DNA of 64,000 bases from an uncultured delta proteobacterium (lineage in GTDB: Bacteria > Myxococcota_A > Polyangia > Polyangiales > Polyangiaceae), in assembly GCA_963782055.1 (NCBI GenBank), contig CAWAIF010000002.1, forward strand, positions 416,001 through 480,000. Reading direction: 5' to 3'. Positions 19,137 to 28,099 of this stretch are shown here, one piece after another. Below the pieces are notes generated by a model. That model was not told the DNA's origin, ran no database searches, and worked only from the letters and a program-made list of their open reading frames with translations. The translations under genes were made by a program, and so were the position numbers. Positions within the stretch are counted from its first letter, which is position 1; every line of letters starts with the position of its first letter.

Positions 19137-19892
19137 ATGGGTATCGGCTTCGTCGGGCATGGCGCACCCACCCTCGCGCTGGACCCGAAAAAGGGAGCAG
19201 AGGTGGCATCGGTCACGGAGGCCGAGCCCACACCAGCTGCCATCCTGGTCGTCTCGGCGCACTGGGAAGAGGAGGAGCCCACCCTCGGAACAACGGAGAA
19301 GCGCCCCCTCATCTACGACTTCTACGGCTTCCCGGAGCCGCTCTATCGCGTGCAGTACCCCGCGCCGGGCGCGCCGGACCTCGCCGAGCGGGTGCGGGGG
19401 CTCGTCCCGGGGGTCCGCCAGGTCGATCGAGGGCTGGACCACGGCGTGTGGGCACCCCTCATTCACATCTCACCAGGAGGGAAGGTGCCCGTGCTCCAGC
19501 TCTCGCTGGCCTATCCCGGGGACCCTCGCAAACTCTTCGACCTTGGCGCGTCGCTCGCGCCCCTCTCCGCCGAGGGCGTGCTCCTGCTCGGAAGCGGCAA
19601 CGTGGTGCACAACCTCCGCGCCATCGACTTCCATGATCGCACCCCGCCGCCAGGCTGGGCGATCGAGTTCGATGCGTGGTGCGAGGATGCGCTGGTGCGC
19701 AAGGACTACGACCTGCTGATCGACTTCGCGCGTCGCGGGCCAGGCGCCTCCCTCGCCCACCCCACCCACGAGCACTTCCTGCCGCTCCTCCTCGCTGCCG
19801 GGGCCGCGAGCGCAGGAGCTCTCGCCCCCCACTTCCCGCTGACAGGCTTCGAGTACGCGACGATCGGTCGTCGCTGCGTCGTCTGGTCGTAG
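19137..19892 (+). CDS. Class III extradiol ring-cleavage dioxygenase (DODA/YgiD-like)
   Basis: FVGHGAP, VSAHW, IYDFYGFP, RGLDHGVW, GSGNVVHNL and HPTHEHFLP motifs. Confidence 0.92.
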   Translation: MGIGFVGHGAPTLALDPKKGAEVASVTEAEPTPAAILVVSAHWEEEEPTLGTTEKRPLIYDFYGFPEPLYRVQYPAPGAPDLAERVRGLVPGVRQVDRGLDHGVWAPLIHISPGGKVPVLQLSLAYPGDPRKLFDLGASLAPLSAEGVLLLGSGNVVHNLRAIDFHDRTPPPGWAIEFDAWCEDALVRKDYDLLIDFARRGPGASLAHPTHEHFLPLLLAAGAASAGALAPHFPLTGFEYATIGRRCVVWS

Positions 19893-19952
19893 CCGTCGCG
19901 CGGGTCGCGAGCGCCTTGCCCCTCCCGCCCGCGGCTGAGGTATCCTCGCGCC

Positions 19953-20663
19953 ATGGCCTCCTCCAAGACGCATGGTCCCCGCACCCTCGCCATCGACATC
20001 GGTGGCACCGGGCTCAAGGCGACGATCCTCGACCCGAAAGGCAAGCAGCTCGTCGACCGCGTGCGCGTCGAGACCCCGCACCCGGCGACTCCCTCCGCGG
20101 TGCTCGAGTCCCTGGTGAAGCTCGTCGCCCAGCTCGGGCCCTACGACCGCATCTCGACGGGCTTCCCTGGCGTCGTCGTCGACGGCACCACCCGGAGCGC
20201 ACCCAACCTCGACCCCGCCTGGCGCGGCTTCCCCCTCGCGTCGGAGCTCACGCGTCGCCTGAAGAAGCCCGCCCGCGTCCTCAACGACGCCGGCGTCCAG
20301 GGCTTCGGCGTGATCAGCGGCAAGGGCACCGAGATGGTGCTCACCCTGGGCACCGGCATGGGTTGCGCCATCTACGTCGATGGCAAGTACGTGCCCAACA
20401 TCGAGCTGGCGCACCACCCCCTCAAGGGCAGCAAGACATACGAGGACTACATTGGCCAGAAGGCGCTCAAGAAGGTGGGCAAGAAGCGCTGGAACAAGCG
20501 CGTCAAGCACGTGCTGGAGCAGATCGAGCCCATCTTCAACCCCACGCGCGTCTACCTCGGTGGTGGCAACGCCAAGCGGATCGACTTCAAGCTCCCGCCG
20601 CACGTCTCGGTGACCGACAACGTGGCGGGCCTGCTGGGCGGCATCGCCCTCTGGCACCACTGA
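19953..20663 (+). CDS. ROK family sugar kinase (polyphosphate glucokinase-like)
   Basis: AIDIGGTGLK, GFPGVV, LNDAGVQG, LTLGTGMG, NIELAH and YLGGGNA. Confidence 0.85.
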   Translation: MASSKTHGPRTLAIDIGGTGLKATILDPKGKQLVDRVRVETPHPATPSAVLESLVKLVAQLGPYDRISTGFPGVVVDGTTRSAPNLDPAWRGFPLASELTRRLKKPARVLNDAGVQGFGVISGKGTEMVLTLGTGMGCAIYVDGKYVPNIELAHHPLKGSKTYEDYIGQKALKKVGKKRWNKRVKHVLEQIEPIFNPTRVYLGGGNAKRIDFKLPPHVSVTDNVAGLLGGIALWHH

Positions 20664-20714
20664 GTCTGGCCCGCTGCTGCGGGCTCCTTCGGGGTGGCAT
20701 CAGGCCACCTGGCC

Positions 20715-20850
20715 CATCGCTAGCCGGCGAACGATCCCGTCCAGCTTGCGCGGGCGCCGAGGGGATGGCCGGAACGCGGACGCACAAACGACCGGCCGGT
20801 CCGTCGCCTCTCCCCGCCCCGCACGTCCCATCGCTAGCCGGCTAACGATC
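20715..20850 (-). repeat. Two copies of the 22 bp palindrome between convergent genes
   Basis: CATCGCTAGCCGGCGAACGATC (20715) and CATCGCTAGCCGGCTAACGATC (20829). Confidence 0.7.
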
Positions 20851-20893
20851 GCGCGTTCCGCCGCGTTTCCGCGGCGAAGGGCCCCCGCGGGGG

Positions 20894-22528
20894 CTACGAC
20901 GCCGTCGCCGTGGTGCCGCGGGCGGTCTCGGCGTACGTGATGCCGCTGAAGGTCCGCTTGGCGCTGTTGAGCTGCCAGTCTCCGGCGAACAGGACCACCG
21001 GCCGGTCGCGCACGTCCATCACCGGGATCCCCACGCGCTCGCGGTCGAAGGCGCGCATGTCCACCGGCTGACCGTCCTCGCGCGCCACCCACCGCGCGAA
21101 CTCCACGCTCATCGGCTCCAGGCGCACGTCCACGTCGTACTCGTTCTTGAGGCGGTACTTGACCACCTCCAGCTGCAGCCGCCCCACCGCCCCCAGCACC
21201 GGATCGCCCGGGAGGCCGTCCGCCGGCCGGTAAAGCTGGATGGTGCCCTCCTGCGCGAGCTGCTCCAGCCCGCTCTTGAGCTGCTTGCGGCGCATCGGGT
21301 CCGCCATCACCGCGCGCACGAAGTGCTCCGGCGCGAAGCTGGGGATCTCCTCGTAGCGGAACTCCGGGCCACTGGTGATGGTGTCGCCGATCTCGAAGAC
21401 CCCCGGGTCGTAGACGCCCATCACGTCGCCTGCGTAGCCCTCCTCCACCAGGCTGCGCTCCTGCGCGAGGAAGGTCGTCGGGTTGGCGAGGCGCATCTCC
21501 TTGTGCGTGCGCACCAGCTTCACCTTCATCCCGCGCTCGAAGCGCCCGGAGCTCACCCGCACGAAGGCGACGCGATCGCGGTGCGACTTGTTCATGTTCG
21601 CCTGGATCTTGAAGACGAAGGCGCTGAAGACATCGCTGTCGGGCGGGATGGGGCCCTTGTCGCTCATGCGCGGCGCGGGCGGCGGCATGAGGCTGCAGAA
21701 GGAGTCGAGGAACGCTTCCAGGCCGAAGTTGTTGATGGCGCTCCCGAAGAACATGGGCGACACGTCGCCGGCGATGAACCGTTCCATGTCGAAGGCGTCG
21801 CCGGCGGCGTCGAGCAGCTCGGCCTCCTCGCGGAGCTGCGCGTAGCCCGCCTCGTCCAGCTCCTCCTTGAGGAGCGGATCGTCCAGGCCGGTCACCCGCA
21901 CGGGCGCGACCTCGCTGCCCGCCGCCGCGCTGGAGGTGGCCCGCGACGCGTCGAAGAGGTGCACCGCCTTGTTGAGCCGGTGGTAGACGCCGCGGAAGGT
22001 CGCCCCGCGGTAGATGGGCCAGGTCACCGGGAAGACGCCGATACCCAGCACGTGCTCCACCTCGCCGATGAGCTCGAAGGGCTCACGCCCCGGCCGGTCC
22101 ATCTTGTTGACGAAGGTGAAGATGGGCATCTTGCGCTGCTTGCACACGCGGAAGAGCTTCTTCGTCTGCGCCTCGACGCCCTTGGCGCAGTCGAGCAGCA
22201 TCACCGCTCCGTCCACCGCGTGCAGCGTGCGATAGGTGTCCTCGCTGAAGTCGGCGTGACCGGGCGTGTCGAGCAGGTTCATCTGCAGCCCGCGGTAGGG
22301 GAACTGCATGACGCTCGTGGTGATGGAGATGCCACGCTCGCGCTCCATCTCCATCCAGTCGGAGAGGGCGCCGGCGCGGCCGCGCTTGGCCTTCACCGCG
22401 CCCGCGAGCTGGATCGCGCCCCCGTAGAGCAAGAGCTTCTCGGTGAGGGTGGTCTTGCCCGCGTCGGGGTGGGAGATGATGGCGAAGGTCTTTCGCTTCC
22501 GGATCTGCGCGGCCAGCTGCTCGGACAT
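20894..22528 (-). CDS. prfC: Peptide chain release factor 3
   Basis: RKTFAIISHPDAGKTTLTEKLLL, DWMEMERERGISITTS, LLDTPGHADFSEDTYR and FKIQANM...HRDR. Confidence 0.97.
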   Translation of the reverse strand: MSEQLAAQIRKRKTFAIISHPDAGKTTLTEKLLLYGGAIQLAGAVKAKRGRAGALSDWMEMERERGISITTSVMQFPYRGLQMNLLDTPGHADFSEDTYRTLHAVDGAVMLLDCAKGVEAQTKKLFRVCKQRKMPIFTFVNKMDRPGREPFELIGEVEHVLGIGVFPVTWPIYRGATFRGVYHRLNKAVHLFDASRATSSAAAGSEVAPVRVTGLDDPLLKEELDEAGYAQLREEAELLDAAGDAFDMERFIAGDVSPMFFGSAINNFGLEAFLDSFCSLMPPPAPRMSDKGPIPPDSDVFSAFVFKIQANMNKSHRDRVAFVRVSSGRFERGMKVKLVRTHKEMRLANPTTFLAQERSLVEEGYAGDVMGVYDPGVFEIGDTITSGPEFRYEEIPSFAPEHFVRAVMADPMRRKQLKSGLEQLAQEGTIQLYRPADGLPGDPVLGAVGRLQLEVVKYRLKNEYDVDVRLEPMSVEFARWVAREDGQPVDMRAFDRERVGIPVMDVRDRPVVLFAGDWQLNSAKRTFSGITYAETARGTTATAS

Positions 22529-22662
22529 GAAGCCAGCGCGCTTTAGCATGACCACCCACCCTGAGGGGTTCATCATGCTCGTTTGCGATGGCGTATTGCA
22601 GACATGCAATGCGAGCGCACAGCTAGGGCGAGGATTTGCCGAGAAAACGGGGGTGGGACCCA

Positions 22663-22678
22663 TGGCACGGCACCTGCA
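22663..22678 (+). promoter_or_regulatory. Sigma54 (-24/-12) promoter
   Basis: TGGCACGGCACCTGCA fits GG-N10-GC. An upstream palindrome ATTGCA-GACA-TGCAAT (22595-22610) may be an enhancer-binding site. Confidence 0.65.
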
Positions 22679-22689
22679 AAGGGAGTTCT

Positions 22690-22747
22690 TGCCTGCGCGG
22701 AGTGTGGCTGCCCCCCCCGGCCCCTTTGCGCAGGCACTTTTCTTTTT
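22690..22747 (+). terminator. Hairpin plus U-tract just downstream of the sigma54 promoter (candidate sRNA or attenuator)
   Basis: TGCCTGCGCGGAG/CTTTGCGCAGGCA 13 bp stem, C-rich apical loop, then CTTTTCTTTTT. Confidence 0.6.
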
Positions 22748-22803
22748 GTCTCGGGCGCGCCTCGCCGGACCTGTGGTCCGCACGGCTGGCGGCCCGATGC
22801 CGT

Positions 22804-25758
22804 ATGCTGCGGGTCGTGCGCTCCCGACAGCTTGCTTGGCCCATCGCTCTGGCCCTCCTGCCCGTTCTAGCCCGGTGTGACGGCACATCGTCGCCGCCCG
22901 CCCCACCCCCGGACGAGAACCTGCCGGGGGAGCAGGCGTGCGACCCGACGACCATCACCACCTTCGCCCTGTCCTTCGACCCTCCGTCGGTCGTGGTGGC
23001 GCCCGGCCAGTCGCGTCCGGTCCGGCTGACGGTCGACCCCGACGTCTGCACCGTGAAGTCGGTCGACTTCTCCAGCGCCGACGGGAGCGTGGCCGCCGCG
23101 CCCCCCAGCGCGAAGGTGGACCTGCGCCACGCGACCTACGACTTCAACGTCATCGGCGGCGCGGCTGGCAAGACGACGCTCACCGCGAGCCTCGCCAACT
23201 ACGACGGCACGACCGTCACCGTGGACCTCCCGGTGGACGTGCGCGACGCCGCCGCGCCCGCGTGCGCCCTGGGTGACACGGCGGACGCCACGATCGACCA
23301 GGGCGCTCCCTCGATGAAGGGCAAGGGCGGGCTCGCGGACGCCGCGCTGGCCACCAACGCCAACGCCTTCGTGCGCACCGACGCGTGGAAGCTCCCCCCC
23401 TTCGACGCCAGCATCAGCTGCGGCTCGGACCTGGTCGGCCCGTCCGGCATCGACTACGTCGCCCTCTCGCCGGCCGTCACCTTCACCGCCAAGACCGCGC
23501 TCGACACCACCCGGCCGCTACGCCGCGAGCTGGACTTCACCATCCCGGTCAACCCCGCCGCGTTCCCCGGGCCCGCGCGCATGCGCCACCTGGAGGTGCT
23601 CTTCTCCAGCCCCGCCGCCAAGGTGCCGCGGCCGATCGTCATCGCCAGCCCCCGCATCGAGGCCGTCGGCAGCGGCTACGTCCTTCACTTCTCCTCGCCG
23701 TGGCTGGGCACCTACCAGGCGGTGGTGCGCAAGGACGCCGGCTCGATCGTGCGCACGCGCCACCTCACCCACCGCGCCGTCATCGGCTTCTCGATGGGCG
23801 GCGGCGGCGCGGCCACCTTCGGCTTCCGGCACCACGACGAGTTCGACGCCATCGCCCCGATGGGCGGGCCGAGCGACTGGACCTGGCTGCTCTGGTTCGT
23901 GGAGAACTACGCTCTCGGCGGCTTCTGCCCGAAGGGCCAGACCTGTCCGCAGACGGCGCCGGGCGACTACCCCATGCGCGACACCTTCGCGCACAGCGAG
24001 GACTTCAACCACTGGTGGTACGAGACCGGCAGCGGCAACGGCGGCCACTTCCCCCGCGACGAGTACGTCCAGATCTTCACCGACCTGGCGCTCATGGAGC
24101 AGAACCCCAACGGCGACAACGCCGACGCGGGCCTCTCCTTCTTCGCGCGTGGACCGAAGGCGAGCGATCCCTGGGTCGCGGGCGATACGACGGGCCTGCC
24201 GCCGGGGACGAACTGCGCCTTCACCGTCGAGCCCATCAAGAACGACCCGAACAACGCGCTGCAGAACCAGATCAAGAAGCAGTGCGCCAAGTCGCGGTGC
24301 GACCCGAAGAACGCGTGGATCGTCCCGAGCGGCTACTACGACGACGAGTTCAACCCCGACGGCTCCGAGCAGGTCATCAGCGTGTGCGACGGCGCGCAGG
24401 TGGGCGAGACGGACAGCCCGTACTCCAACACCTGGGCGCCGCCGTCGGCGGACCAGGCCTACCCCATGGACCTCGCCCTGGCGGTGGACCTGAACAAGAA
24501 CGGCGTGCGTGACGAGAACGAGCCCATCATCCGCAGCGGACACGAGCCGTGGAGCGACGTGGGCGTCGACGGCCTCGCCGACAAGAACGAGCCGGGCTAC
24601 GACGCGGTCACCAACCCGGACCCGGACCAGGACGACTACGACTTCCAGATGAACCCGTCGGGCACCGAGGGCGACCACCGCTACGAGCAGGGCGAGCCCT
24701 ACGAGGACTACGGCCTGGACGGCGTGCCCAACACCAAGTCTTCGCCCTACGACGTGGGCGAGGGCGACGGGAAGTTCACCATGGCCAAGGGGCTGGAGAA
24801 CTTCTACGCGGTGGACCCGCACAGCATCCTGCGCGGCTGGTCGACCGACATCCCCGGCGGCCCCATGACCGACCAGGCGCTCGCCAACCTCGCCGTGTGG
24901 AGCGACGGCGGCGTGCGCGACCTGTTCAACTTCGCCGCGGTGGCCGACAACCTGGAGGGCGCGATCGCGTCGCGCCGCACCGCCGACGGCCACTTCGTCT
25001 CGTCGGTCGCCTTCTACAACGGCTTCCAGGACCTGCCGGGGCAGGACCCCACGCGCCCGGACGACTTCGCCCCCGCGCACATGCGCTGGGCGGACCTGGT
25101 CGCCTCGCCGAGCCTCCGCTACGGCAACGTGGACGCCACCAAGACGCAGATCGAGTCGGGCGATGGTCAGCACGTCGGCACCGGCGCGCAGATCCTCTAC
25201 CGCCTCGAGGCGGCGTTCTACTTCGTCGCGCACCAGTGGCCCGACGCCGACCGCTTGCTCACCGAGCCGGACGTGGACAATCCGGAGACCGCCACCAAGA
25301 ACGAGCTGGGCATCGACTGCGAGCTCAAGGGGCGCTGCGAGAAGATCTTCACCGGACCCAAGACCAACCGCACCGGGCCCATCGCCATCACCTTGCCGCC
25401 CGGCTACGGCAACGAGGACAACCGCCTGCGCGACGTCCGCTACCCGGTCGTCTACGTGCTGCACGGCTACGGGCAGGACCCGCGCGACCTCGAGGCGCTC
25501 GCGGTGATCAGCAACAACTTCATGAACGACGGGACGCGGTCGGCGCCCAACCGCCTCGCCAAGTTCATCACCGTGTACGTCGACGGCCGCTGCCGGGTGG
25601 GCGCCGACGGGCAGCCGGAGTGCATCCAGGGCAGCTTCTACCTGGACTCCAAGCGGCAGGGCGGCCCGCAGTTCGACTCGTGGTTCGACGAGGTCGTGAA
25701 GTACATCGACCAGAACTACCGGACGATGGCCCCGAGCGACGTGGAAGAGGCGCCGTAG
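22804..25758 (+). CDS. Large lipoprotein with esterase-type alpha/beta hydrolase motifs
   Basis: Signal peptide ending LARC; RAVIGFSMGG; C-terminal LPPGY...YPVVYVLHGYG...IDQNYRT; Asp/Gly-rich Ca-binding-like repeats. Confidence 0.8.
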   Translation: MLRVVRSRQLAWPIALALLPVLARCDGTSSPPAPPPDENLPGEQACDPTTITTFALSFDPPSVVVAPGQSRPVRLTVDPDVCTVKSVDFSSADGSVAAAPPSAKVDLRHATYDFNVIGGAAGKTTLTASLANYDGTTVTVDLPVDVRDAAAPACALGDTADATIDQGAPSMKGKGGLADAALATNANAFVRTDAWKLPPFDASISCGSDLVGPSGIDYVALSPAVTFTAKTALDTTRPLRRELDFTIPVNPAAFPGPARMRHLEVLFSSPAAKVPRPIVIASPRIEAVGSGYVLHFSSPWLGTYQAVVRKDAGSIVRTRHLTHRAVIGFSMGGGGAATFGFRHHDEFDAIAPMGGPSDWTWLLWFVENYALGGFCPKGQTCPQTAPGDYPMRDTFAHSEDFNHWWYETGSGNGGHFPRDEYVQIFTDLALMEQNPNGDNADAGLSFFARGPKASDPWVAGDTTGLPPGTNCAFTVEPIKNDPNNALQNQIKKQCAKSRCDPKNAWIVPSGYYDDEFNPDGSEQVISVCDGAQVGETDSPYSNTWAPPSADQAYPMDLALAVDLNKNGVRDENEPIIRSGHEPWSDVGVDGLADKNEPGYDAVTNPDPDQDDYDFQMNPSGTEGDHRYEQGEPYEDYGLDGVPNTKSSPYDVGEGDGKFTMAKGLENFYAVDPHSILRGWSTDIPGGPMTDQALANLAVWSDGGVRDLFNFAAVADNLEGAIASRRTADGHFVSSVAFYNGFQDLPGQDPTRPDDFAPAHMRWADLVASPSLRYGNVDATKTQIESGDGQHVGTGAQILYRLEAAFYFVAHQWPDADRLLTEPDVDNPETATKNELGIDCELKGRCEKIFTGPKTNRTGPIAITLPPGYGNEDNRLRDVRYPVVYVLHGYGQDPRDLEALAVISNNFMNDGTRSAPNRLAKFITVYVDGRCRVGADGQPECIQGSFYLDSKRQGGPQFDSWFDEVVKYIDQNYRTMAPSDVEEAP

Positions 25759-25776
25759 CCGCTTCCCCAGGCCGGT

Positions 25777-26115
25777 TCAGCGGACCACGATCTCGACCGG
25801 GTCCCAGACGACCACCTCGTCGCCCTCCAGCATCGCCACGAAGCGTCGCTGGTCGTCGCAGAGCCCGCGCGGGGCGACCAGCGCGCCGGTGCGCAGGGAG
25901 AAGACGTACCCGTGCATCGGGCACACCACGCACTCCGGCCGCATCTCGGAGCGGCCGCCGTCGGTGAGGCTCGCGCCGGCGTGGTTGCAGGCGTCCTCGA
26001 TGGCGTACGGCTCACCGTCGACCAGCCCCACCGCCACGTCGAAGGGCGGGTAGTGCAGGCGCACCAGCGCCCCCGACTCGAGCTCCGCCCGCGCGACACG
26101 GCCCACGAGGCGCAT
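25777..26115 (-). CDS. Rieske (2Fe-2S) ferredoxin
   Basis: IEDACNHAGASL...VVCPMHGYVF Rieske motifs. Confidence 0.9.
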   Translation of the reverse strand: MRLVGRVARAELESGALVRLHYPPFDVAVGLVDGEPYAIEDACNHAGASLTDGGRSEMRPECVVCPMHGYVFSLRTGALVAPRGLCDDQRRFVAMLEGDEVVVWDPVEIVVR

Positions 26116-26762
26116 CAGTTGAGGACCCGGCGCTCCCCGCCCATCGCGTGCTCCTGCACCGTGAGCTCGCGCGTGACGAACGCCACGCGGTCGCCGTCGT
26201 CGAGCTGCTCGAGCATCGCCTGCCGGGCGCGCGGGTCTGCCAGCAGGTGCGCCGCGCACACGTCCGCCACGGCGCCGGCGTCCAGGCTCTCCGGGACGTC
26301 GAAGGAGAAGCGGGGCTCGCGCGCTCGCACCGTCCGCACGAAGGAGCGGGCGGCCGCGATCAGCGCGGCGCGATCCAGCTCGGTGACCGCGCCCGCGACG
26401 GTATCGAGCACGGTGGCGCGCGCGCGCCGGAAGGGCGCGACGAAGGGCAGCTCGTCCAGGCGCACGCGCACCTGGCCCGCGAGCAGGATGTTGGAGCGGC
26501 CGTCGGGCAGCACCTCGTGGCGCGCGATGAGACCCGCGCCCGCCACGCCGGCGATGCGCGGCTGATCGCCCGCCGCCCCCGCGGCCTCCTCGTCGAGCAT
26601 GACGACGGCCATCGCCCCGTGTGTCTTCAGGCAGTGAGAGAGCAGGGCGCGGTAGCGCGGCTCGAAGACGTGGAGCGGGAGCACGGTGTGCGGGAAGAAG
26701 GCGAGCCGCGGCAGCGGGAACACCGGCAGCTCGCCGAGGGCGGCGCGCAGGTCGGGCGTCAT
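26115..26762 (-). CDS. LON peptidase substrate-binding domain protein
   Basis: LPVFPLP..AFFPHTVLPLHVFEPRYR and LPDGRSNILL motifs. Confidence 0.88.
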   Translation of the reverse strand: MTPDLRAALGELPVFPLPRLAFFPHTVLPLHVFEPRYRALLSHCLKTHGAMAVVMLDEEAAGAAGDQPRIAGVAGAGLIARHEVLPDGRSNILLAGQVRVRLDELPFVAPFRRARATVLDTVAGAVTELDRAALIAAARSFVRTVRAREPRFSFDVPESLDAGAVADVCAAHLLADPRARQAMLEQLDDGDRVAFVTRELTVQEHAMGGERRVLN

Positions 26763-27451
26763 GGGCCGAACATCTCCACCGCGCTGCCGTTCATGGCGTC
26801 GGGCGCGTCCAGGCCGGCGAAGACCACCGCGCGGGCCACGTCGTCGGCGTGCATCCGCGGGGCGAAGCCGCTCCCCTCGAGCATCCTCGTGTCCACCGAG
26901 CCGGGCAGCACGCACATGGCCTGCAGCCCGGTGCCGCGCAGCTCCTCCGCCAGCGACTTCACGAAGCCCACGACGCCCCACTTGGCCGCGCAGTAGGCGC
27001 TCTGGCGCGCCGTGCCGATGGTCGAGGAGATGCTGCCGATCGCGACGAACCGGCCGCGGCCGCGCTCGAGCATGGGCGGGAGGAAGGCGCGCGCGGTGAG
27101 GAAGACGCCGGTGAGGTTCACCGCCAGCACCTCGTCCCACTCGCCCTCGCTCATCTCGTGGACGGGGGCGCGACGGACCACGCCCGCGTTGGCGACGACG
27201 ACGTCGGGCGCGCCGAGCTCACGCGCCACCTCCGCGGCGGCGCGCGCCACCTCGTGCGACTGCGTGACGTCGCACCGGAGCGCGAGCGCGCGGCGGCCCG
27301 CCTGCACCACGCGCCCCGCGGTCTCCTCCAGCGCCTCCACCGTCCGCGCGAGCAGCGCGACGTCCATCCCACGCGCCGCCAGCGCGAGCGCCGCCGCGCG
27401 ACCGATGCCGCGGCTCGCCCCGGTGACCACCGCCACCTTCGGCGCGGTCAA
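26759..27451 (-). CDS. SDR family oxidoreductase
   Basis: TTG start overlaps the folE stop; VTGASRGIG, VVANAG and YCAAK motifs. Confidence 0.9.
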   Translation of the reverse strand: MTAPKVAVVTGASRGIGRAAALALAARGMDVALLARTVEALEETAGRVVQAGRRALALRCDVTQSHEVARAAAEVARELGAPDVVVANAGVVRRAPVHEMSEGEWDEVLAVNLTGVFLTARAFLPPMLERGRGRFVAIGSISSTIGTARQSAYCAAKWGVVGFVKSLAEELRGTGLQAMCVLPGSVDTRMLEGSGFAPRMHADDVARAVVFAGLDAPDAMNGSAVEMFGP

Positions 27452-28008
27452 CGTCGATCCCTCACCGCCGCGAGCGCCTCGGCGCGGTCCGCCGGGGTCC
27501 CCGCGCGCACCGCGATCGTCTCCAGCGCCGCGCCGTGGCGCCGCTCGCCCCGCGCGGTCATGCACGTGTGCGTCATGACGATGCGGCACGCCACCCATCG
27601 CGGCGCCAGTCCATGCTCCAGCGCGCCCGCCACCCCTTCGCCGATGGTCTCCTGAAGGGTCAAGCGGTGGGCGAAGGCGTCCACCAGCCGCGCGATCCCG
27701 CCCACGCCGAGGGCCCGCCCGCGCGGCGCGAAGGCCACCAGCGCGGTGCCGGTGCCGGGCATGAGGTGATGCGGACAGGTCGTCGTCACGCCGAGATCGC
27801 GCAGCGCGACCACGCCGCTCGCCTCCACCTCGAGCGTCTCCGCCTTCACCAGCGCGTCCACGTCCACCGCGTAGCCCGCGCACAGCTCGTCGAGGAACGC
27901 CGCGGCCACGCGCTCCCCGGTGCCGGCGAGCTCCGGCTCGGAGTCCGGGTTGCGGCCGATCGCGCGGAGGAAGGCGTCGATCGCCCGCGCTGCTTCGGCG
28001 CGGTTCAT
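27448..28008 (-). CDS. folE: GTP cyclohydrolase I
   Basis: EPELAGTGERVA, TTCPHHLMP, RLTLQE and HTCMTARG (Zn ligands C/H/C present). Confidence 0.85.
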   Translation of the reverse strand: MNRAEAARAIDAFLRAIGRNPDSEPELAGTGERVAAAFLDELCAGYAVDVDALVKAETLEVEASGVVALRDLGVTTTCPHHLMPGTGTALVAFAPRGRALGVGGIARLVDAFAHRLTLQETIGEGVAGALEHGLAPRWVACRIVMTHTCMTARGERRHGAALETIAVRAGTPADRAEALAAVRDRR

Positions 28009-28099
28009 CCGGACGGCATTGTGCCACAGGTCGCGGGGGCGGCACGCGCCACCCCTCCCCGCCCAGCGAAAATTGCGCGCGGCCCCGTGGAGAACGCGC

